64,000 bases of DNA. Origin: the human T2T-CHM13v2.0 reference genome, Homo sapiens. The translations under genes and the position numbers were made by a program. The notes beneath the pieces were generated by a model. That model ran no database searches and was not told where the DNA came from. It saw only the letters and a list, made by a program, of their open reading frames with translations. Positions 1 through 12,375 of the stretch are shown in pieces. Position 1 is the first letter of the stretch. Each line of letters opens with the position of its first letter. The stretch lies in assembly GCF_009914755.1 (NCBI RefSeq), contig NC_060929.1; one strand, 5' to 3'.

Positions 1-31
1 TATAAAGTCTTCGGCTCTCATAGTCGAGTGG
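1..31 (-). CDS. CDH10: Cadherin-10 coding exon (probably exon 7), only its 5' end; continues beyond the window edge
   Basis: Minus strand reads tttatacag|CCA CTC GAC TAT GAG AGC CGA AGA CTT TAT = PLDYESRRLY (cadherin LDYE motif). AG acceptor at 33-32. In frame (phase 0) with the exon ending ITVKK. Confidence 0.93.
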
Positions 32-1538
32 CTGTATAAAAAAATAAATCATCAAATTAGAGTGAGGGAAATTGGATGATATGCTCCCACCCAGTTACAG
101 TATGATTTTTAAGTTGTGGTTGAGTTCTCTTACATAGTTCATTAATTATAAATAAAAAAGACTAACACAAATAATATAATCTTCATGTTTCATTTAGGAT
201 TCAACTTCTACTCTTTATGCATTCAATTAGTAAAACTTCGGAACATAGGAAATTGAGACTTTAAACCTTGGAAAAATTGGGATGGAAGCTGAAACCTATT
301 TTAAAGGTGGTACCATTACAAAAAATGGGCTAATGGATGTTGCACGTGTTTGCGTGTGAATGTGCACGTGCAAAGGTGTTAGCTACTGCTAAATTTTTCT
401 AAGTAAATACATGCAGTTATCTTTTTACATCTATGCTGTGATGTTTCCATTCAATGTAATGGGCTTATGATATTATAAAAACATTATGAAATCTTGGAGA
501 CTAATATACAACTTTCAAGTTATGTCCAATATTCAAGATAAGAAAAACCCTCTGTAATAAGAAAAAATTTTGATAGTAATTTGGTAAATAGGTTACATGT
601 TGAAACAAAATACCTTAAATATTCATATAGTTTAACTGTCAGAAGTATAAAATCAACTATTTTCTATCTCACCTATTCTGAAATGTATGTTTTGTTAACA
701 GATAAATGATATTATTAGTTCAGATTCCCTCGACCTTTTATTTTTGTTTCAAAAAGAACAAGATTCTATTTGTATTACTGCTGCTGTCTGGTCTGAAAAA
801 TGACAAGACAGCTGCTTTCCCATTTGCTAGTCACTGTCCATTTAATAACAGTTGGTTTTGTACTTTGTACCTTGCAAAAGTATCTCAGAATAGTTTAATT
901 ATTAACTAATGCTTGTGTAGTTACTCTATGTATGGCATTTCATTAGGACCTAAAGTTTAATGTGCCTTATTTTTTTCTCATAATGATGGCACTTATGCTA
1001 CAATAACAAACAGGTTACCTTTAGATTGTATCACTGAGCATATGTTAGCAGAAGAGTTTAATTTATACAGCAGAAGGGAAAATGTGAACAATTAAATTAT
1101 GTTCCAATCCATGCTGTCTCTTTTATTAGTAACTCTAATTATTGCTTCATCATCTGGATAGATGGCATTGGACTTTTTATACCCCCAACTGGGATGATAT
1201 ATTGCCATTATTAGGTATTAACTACACAATTTAAAATAAAACAATGTGATTATGATGGGCTTTTATTAATGTGGCTTAGAAATATGATCACACATATATT
1301 AACTTGCCTTTTATATTTTCTAAAGTTTCAGGTTTCCTGTCTCAATCAACCAAAACATGTGGTCAAAATTTTCAAGGAGCTCTTTGGCTTTATGTCTTTC
1401 TTATGTATGCACAGTATAAATTACATTGCTGGAAAATTAGAGTAGTATTTCCCAATGGATCATTCATGAGCGAAGAGTATATAATGCAATCCCTACTCCT
1501 GAAACACACAGATGCTTATTTATATGGATGCTGTGCAC

Positions 1539-1726
1539 CTTTTTCACAGTGATGATGCCTTCCTGTGTGTCCTTCTCAGTCACGATGTCAAACATATCAG
1601 TACCGTCACCATCAATAATTCGGTATTCTACTTCAGCATTTTTCCCAGTGTCAGCATCAGTTGCTTTGACACTTCCAATGGCTGTGCCAACTGGGGAGGA
1701 TTCAAGAACTCGAAGATGAATAGTGT
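1539..1726 (-). CDS. CDH10: Cadherin-10 coding exon (probably exon 6), 188 bp, first half of EC3
   Basis: Encodes (N)[62 protein letters not shown]. Acceptor ctttacag at 1727-1734, donor AAG|GTGCAC. Confidence 0.96.
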
Positions 1727-1747
1727 CTGTAAAGTATAAAGAAAAGA

Positions 1748-1793
<46 letters not shown>
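1748..1793. repeat. (GA)n microsatellite
   Basis: gagagagacagagaga... run; reads (UC)n in the pre-mRNA just upstream of an acceptor. Confidence 0.95.
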
Positions 1794-1797
<4 letters not shown>

Positions 1798-2002
1798 CTC
1801 AATAGAATAGCCAAAAGCAAAACATGTATGACGCAATATAATAGATCTTAAACTCTAAATCAGATGTTGACAAATGATGAATACACATAACATGGATAAC
1901 ATTAAGGTCTAGGAACTTCCGGGGCTTTTGTCTGCACATATTATGAATAGTAAGAAACAAATCCTAACAGTAGGACAAATTCTGGTTTAAAAATGAGTAT
2001 GT

Positions 2003-2356
2003 TCATAAAAAGAAACGAGTTCATATCTCTCGCAGGAACATGGATAGAGGTGGAGGCCATTATCCTTAACACACTAATGCAGGAACAGAAAATCAAATGT
2101 CACACGTTATCACTCATAAGTGGGAGCTAAATGATGAGAACTCATGGACACAAAGAGAGGAACAACAGACACTGGGGCCTACTTGAGGCTGGAGGGTGGG
2201 AGGAGGGAGAGGAACAGAAAAACAATAATTACTGGGTACCAGGCCTATTACCTGGTCTATGAAATATATATCTGTACAACAAACCCCCGTGACACAAGTT
2301 TACCTAAGTAACAAACCTGCACATGTACCCCTGAACCTAAAATAAAAGTTAAAAAA
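2003..2356 (+). mobile_element. L1 3' end fragment (older L1PA-type)
   Basis: Typical L1 3' UTR: ctcataagtgggagctaaatgatgagaac...aacaaacctgcacatgtacccctgaacctaaaataaaagtt. Confidence 0.9.
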
Positions 2357-2373
2357 TATTAGCATGTTGTCTC

Positions 2374-2505
2374 TTTATTTTATTTTATTTTATCTTTTGA
2401 GATGGGTGTCTTGCTATGTTGCCCAGGCTGGTCTGAGCTCAAGCTATCTTCCCATCTTAATCTCTGGGATAGTTGGGATTAGAGACGCAAGCCACGCACC
2501 AACCA
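2374..2505 (-). mobile_element. Alu monomer (FLAM-like)
   Basis: T-rich tail then gagatggg...ttgctatgttgcccaggctggtct; single arm only. Confidence 0.8.
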
Positions 2506-3176
2506 AGCGTGTATTTTTTCATTGCGTAGATCTGCTTTGAGGGCAGATATGTATTTATGTGTGTTTACACAATCACAACAAACCACAGGATATACACTGA
2601 ATGTTTCTATGTAGTTGTTTTTACTATGCTATATTTAGTTATTTACTACTCATACTTATTTCAACTGCATGGCAGAACATTACAAAATCCAATGAAATCA
2701 GCCATAATGGGTAGGAATCCTATTTCTACTTGTGACAGCAGGAACAAAGGACAGTCTGTGGAAAAAATATATAGATGCCCTTTGCAGTGTCAGAGTGAAA
2801 ACACTCAATACTGACAAACTCCCCTTCATTCCAGAGAAACACAAAAATTTATGTTTTTGGTGTACCTAGATGTGCTTCCAGCATGAACAACCTCTACTGC
2901 TAATGAGATTTATGTTTCAGCACCTGATCATAAACTACATATTTCTGATGGATTAATCGACCTCAAGTACACTCTGATTATAGCACCTTCTTGCTCATAA
3001 ACCTTAAGTAATTCTCCTTAATATACATAATAAAGTCCAGACCTCTTAGCTTGTCACAGTCTTGCCTGAATATGTCTCTCCTATATCATTTTGCATTTGG
3101 TCCATGAAAGATATGGACCAAACTGGGCTTTTCAAAGTTTTCTAGGCAAAACTTAATTTCCTATATTACTATTTCT

Positions 3177-3516
3177 TCTTTCTTTCTCTCTTTCTTTTCT
3201 TTTCTTTCTTTGTTTCTTTTCTTTTTTTTTCTTGATGGAGTCTCAGTCACTCAGGCTGGAGTGCTGGAGTGCAGTGACATGATCTTGGCTCACTGCACCC
3301 TTACCTCCCGGGTTCAAGTGATTCTCGTGCCTCAGCCTCCTGAGTAGATGGGACTATAGGCACCTGGCACCACACCAGGCTAATTTTTATATTTTTAGTA
3401 GAGACCGGATTTTACCATATTGGTCAGGCTGGTCTCGAACTCCTGACCTCCGGCGATCCTCTCACCTCAACCTCCCAAAGTGCTGGGATTACAGGCATGA
3501 GCCACTGTGCCCGGCC
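3177..3516 (-). mobile_element. Alu (AluS-like) with ~17 bp TSD
   Basis: Full dimer. Flanked by cctatattactatttct (3160-3176) and cctatatcactatttct (3517-3533). Confidence 0.95.
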
Positions 3517-3639
3517 CCTATATCACTATTTCTATATTTCTCTCACATAAAATTCCTTCCCCTTATCCTCATGTTATCATAATGCAGTTTACCAAATCTG
3601 AGAAAATGGCACTGTTCAAAGCTGACTGTTTGTTGGGCT

Positions 3640-3794
3640 ATGCCAAGCCAAGGAGAGAGGCTTCAGAAAAAATGAGCCAGCAGACACCTTGTTCTCAGGA
3701 TTCTAGTCCCTAGAATTGGGAGAAAATACATTTGTGTGATTTAAGCCACCCATTCTGTAAGACTTTGTTGTGGCAGCCCTAACAAATGACTACA
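3640..3794 (+). mobile_element. MLT1 (MaLR) LTR 3' fragment
   Basis: gccaaggagagaggcttcaga...tttaagccaccc...tttgttgtggcagccctaacaaatgactaca. Confidence 0.8.
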
Positions 3795-5649
3795 GGCATA
3801 TACATACGCTACATGTTGGAAGTCATTTCCTAAGAGGCATCATTAAAACTCAGTTTCCATCACACTGCAGTTGGTCCCTTAGCCTGTATCCTTCATTTTT
3901 TCTATCTCCGGTAACACACCACTGAAAGCAACTCTCAACTCATTACTTTGCTACCATCTTATTGGTTCTCTTTGCCTTTGCTGATTCTTCTTGGAACACC
4001 TGTCCCCTGGATATTCTAATGACTCCCCTGTTCTCTTCCTTCAGTTGTCTGCTCTATGGGGATCTCCTCAAGAGCTTTCACTAATAGCTTAACTGAAAAT
4101 AGCCTTATCAAAAGTAGTGCTCATAATCACTTCTCCTATCATCCGTCATCACCAGGCATTCTATTATCTACTTACTTATTTGTATGGAACATAAGAATGT
4201 AACAGAAAACAGGCACTTAGCATTTTTATCTAAGAGTTCATCTGAGTGTAGTAGCCACCATATCATTATTTGTATATTATTTTATACAATAAAATAAATT
4301 ATTTGTGTATTGTACATTGTATAGAAGCTTCCTACCTAGTCTACTAGCTCCTATGCTTGGCCAAATCAAATCAATTCACACACACTCTTAGTCCACATTG
4401 TAGCCGCATTGCCCCTTAAAAACATTCATATTATCAAGCTTTACTCAGAGTTTCAAAACTCTTTGATTGTTCCCATTATACTTAAAAGAAAATATCCACA
4501 GACTGACCCGTCATAATTTAGATCCTCTGTCCTGTCAGTTTCTCTCAAATTAATACTATCCAATTATCTTGGTCTCTTTTAGCTTTGTCACACAAACTTT
4601 TCCTACCTCAACACTTTTTCCTTCCTTATGAAAGATTTTCGACACAACTCTGCCTGATAACCACATCCTCTTTTAATATAGTTCACTATGATTCTACCAC
4701 AGCACATCATAAATTCTAACCTGTTGATTGCAAGAACTCTCTTTAAAAAATTAAATTTTATACAAGTGGCACTTCAATAAATGAATTTATTACTCCTTAG
4801 CAAAGGTGACCTTTCTAAAATACAAAAATGATATCACTGCCCCAATGAAAGCACTTATTGTTGATGTTAAGTGTTTAATTTCATTTGGTGTATAAAGTCT
4901 TATAAAATTTGATTTCTGCTAAAATCTTCATTATTACTAGTATCTATTCTCAAAGCTAGAGCAAATAGGAAATGCAGCCACAATATTTTTTTCAATTAAT
5001 GAGTTTTCAATTAAAAATTTTAAATATAAGGAATATTTAACAAAACAAATACAAATATATGGATAGTTAGATTGAGATATATATACAACTTGAATAAATC
5101 ATTTAGAGAGTACAGATTCTTTCAGAGCTGGCATGAAACATTTAATCCAATCTAACCAAATACTAAGTTATTACACAAGTTTAAATACATTTTAATAAAC
5201 CACATTCAACTAAATATTCTGACCATGCCACAATTAAGTTAAAGGTTAACACAGAAAAGATAAACTCAAATCCTTGTATTCCTGAATATTTTAAAAGAAT
5301 AAAATTAAAAATAACAGATAGTATCAAGATTGTGACAGTTAGAAAATATTACCAACACTTATGTGCTAATAAAATTGAGTACTTAGCCTTAGTGGAAAAT
5401 TCCTAAAAATAATTAAAAATATACCAAAATCTACAAAAGAGAAAATCAAGTATGTTTTAAAATATTCTACCCTTCCAAATCCAAAGAGTTCAAACAGTTT
5501 TCAAGGAATATTTATGGAAAAGAAAATTCCAGTCTTATACAAAGTGTTCTTGAAGAAAGAAAAGTGGGGCTCCTATCATAACTCATGAGAATGGTATTAC
5601 CCTGATATAAAACCAGACAGGAGAAGAAGAGTCCAGTGGACACATAGTG

Positions 5650-7040
5650 TGGTCAAAATTCAGGCTGTACCACATGGAAATGTATAATATTTAGTAAGTT
5701 CATTTAAAAATGTTTCCGTTTACAATCACTTATGTAAAGTTTAGTTTATTACAAACACTATTCTAATCATTTTACTACTAACTAAATTCCTGACTTTGTT
5801 CAAATTTCATCTTGCCATTAAAGTCATTCTTTTCTGGAGATCTCACTTTGCATTTGACTGTCATGTCTCCTCACTCTCCTGCAATCTGTGGGAATTCTTT
5901 AATCTCTGTCTTTCATGACTGATATGGTTTGGCTGTGTCCCTGCCCAAATCTCATCTTGAATTGTAGCTCCCGCAATTCCCACGTGTCAAGGGAGGGACC
6001 TGGTGGGAGGTAATTGGATCATGGGAGCGGGTCTTTCCAATCCTGTTCTGGTGAGAGTGAGTAAGTCTCATGAGATCTGATGGTTTTATAAAGGGGAGTT
6101 TCCCCTGAGCAATCTCTTTTGCCTGCAGCCATGTAAGATGTCCCTTGCTCTTCCGCCATGACTATGAGGCCTTCCCAGCCATGCGTAACTGTGAGTCAAT
6201 TAAACCTCTTTCCTTTATAAATTGCCCAGTCTTGGGTATGTCTTTATTAGCAGCATGAAAACAGACTAATACAATGACCCTGACACTTTTAAAGAATACT
6301 TGTCAAGTTACTGTGCAGAATCTCTTTCAAGGAGGGCCTGTCTGATATGTTCTTGTCATTAGATTAAAGTTATGCATTTTTGTCAAGACTATCACTGAAT
6401 CAGTCTGTTCGTAGTGTATTATATCATAGCAGGGAGTATCCGATGTCAATATGTCTTAGGACTGATGATTTTTAAGTCAATTAGGTGTTTCTGCCAGTTT
6501 TCTCGTTTGTTAAGTTACCATTTTTTTCATAATTAATACATATCTTGGTGAAGATATTTTGAGTGTATGCAAATATCCCATTTCTCCTAAAAAATTGCCC
6601 ACTAATTTTAGCATCAATTAGTGATCTTGCTGGCAACAATTAATACCGCCATTTACTAATAGTGATTTTCAATTTTTTTCATTCAGTTCCACATTTATTA
6701 TTTGAAATTCTTCTACGAGGAAAAGCTGCCCCTTCTCTCTCATTTATTTTTACTTATGCTTTTATTTATTTAGATCAGTATAGATTCAAAAACATTTATT
6801 TTATTTTATATTATTTATTAGAATCTAATAATATGGTTATTTATTGTTTTCTGCAAATCCTTCTAGATTCAGCCATTGGATGATTTTTTTAGGTTGGCTC
6901 TGGTGCCTTTCAACATGTCTTCATCATTCCTTCAGCAAGCTTCCTTAATTTCTGGCATCACAGAATGTTCCAAGTTCATCTTATATTTTTTGCGCCTAAG
7001 CCCTCAAATCAAACAAGTTTCCATATATGCCTGGTTGCTT
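5650..7040 (-). mobile_element. Old L1M (L1MC-like) 3' region, interrupted by a THE1 LTR
   Basis: Degenerate similarity to recalled L1MC 3' UTR and to the related element at 53060-54480. Confidence 0.55.
5920..6273 (+). mobile_element. THE1 (MaLR) solo LTR with perfect 5 bp TSD ATGAC
   Basis: tgatatggtttggctgtgtcc...acagactaataca with TG...CA termini. ATGAC at 5915-5919 and 6274-6278. Confidence 0.95.
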
Positions 7041-8567
7041 CTGCTTGAGAAAGAACCATAATTGTTTCATATAGTGCAGTATTAAAAATTAAAAAAATAC
7101 ATAACTCTTGCTTCATAATGTGTAAATATGTCAAAATATGTACATGAAAGTATTTGTATTTGAAATAAATCTAATTATGTATTGAATATAAAAATCTAAA
7201 TAACAGCAAGTTATTGTTAACATGTTAATTGACTTTCATTTTAGAAATCAACATATCTGCATCCTTGAAAAGGAATTTTGAAATCTATGATTTTTAATAT
7301 TAGTATTTAAGACTTTTCAGCAAAAGAAAAAATTCTCTACAAGAATAAAATGAAAGTATTTACATAGCAACACTATAACATTTGAACTGATTATGCATGC
7401 TTTTTGTAAATTTATATTTGTGAAGTAGTCGCACATTTTTGTTTAATCATTATTGCTCAAAAAGGTCTACAATTTCATTTCTTGGCGTGAAACACAATTC
7501 TAACGCCCAAACACTGGTCAGTAATACCACTGTTTTCACATTGATATAAACTAAATTTTCTTAGAGATTTGCTGTTTCTAAGTCTGAAGAATTGAAGGGA
7601 AAGTGGGAATAGGATTTCTTCTTGAGACCAAAATTAAGTGAGATATCAAAGATTAATGGGATCACAGAAACATACAAAGAAACAAATTGTTGCCTCCACT
7701 GGCCAACATTTAGAAAATTTGATAATCAATAGGAGAATAATAATTCAGGTGATTAAAATACATTGAATCATATTTGTTTTTTGACAATGCAAGCTAAATA
7801 ATTCAGTTCAATATCTTAGTGACAAACAATTAATATTTGTGGATTATATGTAAAGATAAAGATAGTTGCATGAAGGTAGTAAAAAAAACTCAAGTCCAAA
7901 TTGAAGGGAAATGAGAGCCTAGAGAAGTAAGTGAAAAGCTAAAAGTTTTTTTGGCCTGGGGATATTTTCCATTTTCACAACATTTATCTTTATTTTTATG
8001 GCCTCTTGAAGGAAGGAGGGGATAGACCAAAATCTAGGTTATCTACAAGGTTATTTACTGAAGCCGCAGATAGACTCCACAACAAACTAAACCTAATGAG
8101 TTTTCACTAGGTTTAAGGGCGATCCAGATGTAAGCCACCCTTGACAACATTTTAGATTTCATAGTGTAGGCTCAGATAACCCTGGTAATATCTATTTTTA
8201 CAGACACAGACAGCTTTAACTGCTAGGGGAGAGGGTGACACTGTGGTATCCACAATGGATTGGGATGAAGGATCACAAAACAGTCTAAAATTACTTGAGG
8301 GAGATTCTGTGTACAGACAAGAAAACCTCTAAGCTTGTCCTAACTAAGAGGACGTTTCCTGGCTGCTTTTCCACATACCTTTTTCTCTCAAGTGTCTTTT
8401 GCAAAAGTGAGGCACGTTAATATCTCTGAAACGTTTATTATATAGCTCAGTGAGAGTATAGTTGTAAACATTTAGCTCATAAAGCCAAAAAGGAATGAAA
8501 AATGATGGCATTAGTTACCCTAAAATATAGAACAACACATCAAACGCATGTTGGAGACAGAGACAGA

Positions 8568-8712
8568 TATATATACACACACACATATATACGCACGTAT
8601 ACACATATTCACATATATATATATGCACACAGATAAATATATTTATATATACATGCATATACATAAATACACGTAAATATATGAGTGTATATATACATAT
8701 GTGGATATATAA
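8568..8712. repeat. (TA/CA)n low-complexity tract
   Basis: atatatacacacacacatatatacgcacgtatacacata... Confidence 0.85.
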
Positions 8713-9078
8713 TGGACAGTTTTACCAAGCTAATAAATCTTTAATATTTTAATGGAATACCTTATTCACCATCTTTAGTAAAAATAAACTTTTGAAATTT
8801 TCCACTGAGGGCAAATTCAGCCCTGCCACAATGTTGCAGGTTTTCCTGCCTCCAAGATCACAAGATCTCCCCTTTCAATGAATATCATGTTTTTTTCCCT
8901 GTTCTCTGCATGTCTCAACATAATGCTTGCACTCAAAAATATTAAGTCATATCTGTATATTAATAAAGTTATTTTATTGCAAAAGGCAGCTTTGACCTAC
9001 ATCGGAGAAGGATTACAGTGAGATGGTAATTTCTAAGTTTATCTTGCAAGGGACTAATTTTGATTTTTTGACGTGCAC

Positions 9079-9398
<320 letters not shown>

Positions 9399-9529
9399 TG
9401 AGTTAAAAATTGTCAGTCTGCATCTTTTTTGGTTTTCACCAGCAATCCTAAATTTATAAAATAATTTTAGCAAAAGTTTAGTTTATAAAACAATATAGAT
9501 CAATATTTTAATGATCTTCAGTTTGAAAG

Positions 9530-10700
9530 GGATTTCTAAAACAACAAAACAAAATTTAAAAAGGTTGATAAATCAGTCTATACTCAAACTAAAACCTTCT
9601 ATAAAATAAAGACAATGTGCAGAAAGTTAATCATTTTACAAATAAAGAGAAGAAGATAGTTTCAGCACACATACTTACAAATACAGTATGTTTAAAGATC
9701 CCTAAGAAAAGGCAGAATAACCTAGTAGAGAAATTAGTCAAGGATGTTGATAGAAAACAATTTACAGTGGAGGAAACATGAAAGATCAATAAACAGAGAC
9801 AACTACCCTAAAATTAAACCAGGCAAATGCAAATTAAAGCCAAGATGTGATACCATTTTATACTTATGAAATTAATAAAAGTTAAGTCTGACAATCCCAA
9901 GTGTTAAAAGTATGTGGTAGAATAAAAACTATTATGTATAATTGATGGATGTTATATTTGACACAATGACTTTGGGAAATGTAATTTCCTAGAGCTGCTG
10001 TAACAAAGTAACAAAAACTAGGTGGCCAATAACTATAGAAACATACTGTCTGAAAGTTCTGGAGGATACAAGTCTGATGAGGACATACTCAGAGAATCTT
10101 CCCTTGCTGCTTCTGCTACTGGAATTTGCTAGAAAGTCTTGGTGCCCCCCAGCTTGTAGCTGTATCACTACCATTGCACACCATCTCCTCCCTGTGTGTT
10201 CACTTGGCCTCCCCTATTTCTGTGTCTTAATTGCTCCTTTTCATAAATATACCATTCATACTGGATTGCAGCTTTAACTCTAATAACCTCATTTTAAACT
10301 ATTTTCTCTATTTCCAAATAAGCTCAAATTCTGCGGTACTGGAGGTCAGTAATTTGACATATATGTAGACATAGGTCATATAGAATTATTGTTTGTAAAA
10401 TGAAAAAAAGGAAGTAAACCAAAGTGTCAAACAGCATGAGAACAGATGAATAAATCATTGTATAATCACACATCTCAACGTAATATAAAAGCAAAAAATG
10501 TGAGCTATACTTATATGGAAAAATATGGGTAAATCTTGGGAACATATCATTGAGTGAAAAAAAGCAAGTTTCAGAAAATGATGTATAGTGTGATACTATC
10601 TTTATAAACCTCAAACAAGAAGAGCTCAATATATTTTTTAAGAATACATACATTCTACTATGAATATATATACACATAGTTACATACACATACACCTCCC
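9530..10700 (+). mobile_element. Old L1M ORF2/3' fragment, split by an MLT1 LTR
   Basis: ggcaaatgcaaattaaagccaagatgtgataccattttata is a degenerate L1 ORF2 C-terminal motif. Confidence 0.6.
9980..10370 (-). mobile_element. MLT1 (MaLR) LTR
   Basis: tttcctagagctgctgtaacaaagtaac...gttctggagg...ctatttccaaataag. Confidence 0.75.
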
Positions 10701-10827
10701 CAACTCCGTCCCTTTCTGTATCTATCAGTCTCAATGATCAGATACTATCACACGGTAATTAACTCTGGACTATCTAAAAGGAGAGGATGATATATGCACA
10801 TGTAAAGTATTCTTAAAATCTTTGTAA

Positions 10828-11830
<1,003 letters not shown>

Positions 11831-12053
11831 TTAAAAGCATAAAAACATGACTAGACTATAACTCTAAAAAATAACTCAGCATATTTGATATTAAACCAAA
11901 CTATTAAACTAAACATAACTGAATATTAAAAACATAATCATTGAAGTTAAGAAAATAATGGATGGGTTAAAAAGATTAACATCATCCAACAAGAAAATAA
12001 GTGAGCTGGAGGAAAAAAGGAAGGATGTAAATGTATTTAAAAACTGCTAAGTA

Positions 12054-12375
12054 GGCCGTGCCAGGTGGCTCACACCTATAATCCCAGCACTTTGGGAGGC
12101 TGAGGTGGGCGGATCACAAGGTCAGGAGTTTGAGACCAGCCTGGCCAATATGGTGAAACCCTGTCTCTACTAAAAATACAAAAATTAGCCTGGTATGGTG
12201 GCAGGCGCCTGTAGTCCCAGCTACTCAGGAAGCTGAGACAGGAGAATCACTTGAACCCAGGAGGCAGGAGTTGCAGTGAGCCGCAATTGTGCCACTGCAC
12301 TCCAGTGGGCTACAGAGCGAGACTCTGTCTCAAAAACAAACCAAAAAACAAACAAAACAAAAAAACAAAAAAAAA
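12054..12375 (+). mobile_element. Alu (AluS-like)
   Basis: Full dimer with (A/AAAC)n tail. Confidence 0.95.

Noticed and set aside
1512-1739. + strand ORFs opposite cadherin exons (also 1528-1719 and 25212-25472)
   Set aside because: They are antisense shadows of coding exons with no independent support.
10324-10734. 136 aa hydrophobic ORF (also 36592-36999 and 43432-43749)
   Set aside because: These come from antisense old L1 or TA-rich low-complexity sequence and show no domain motifs.
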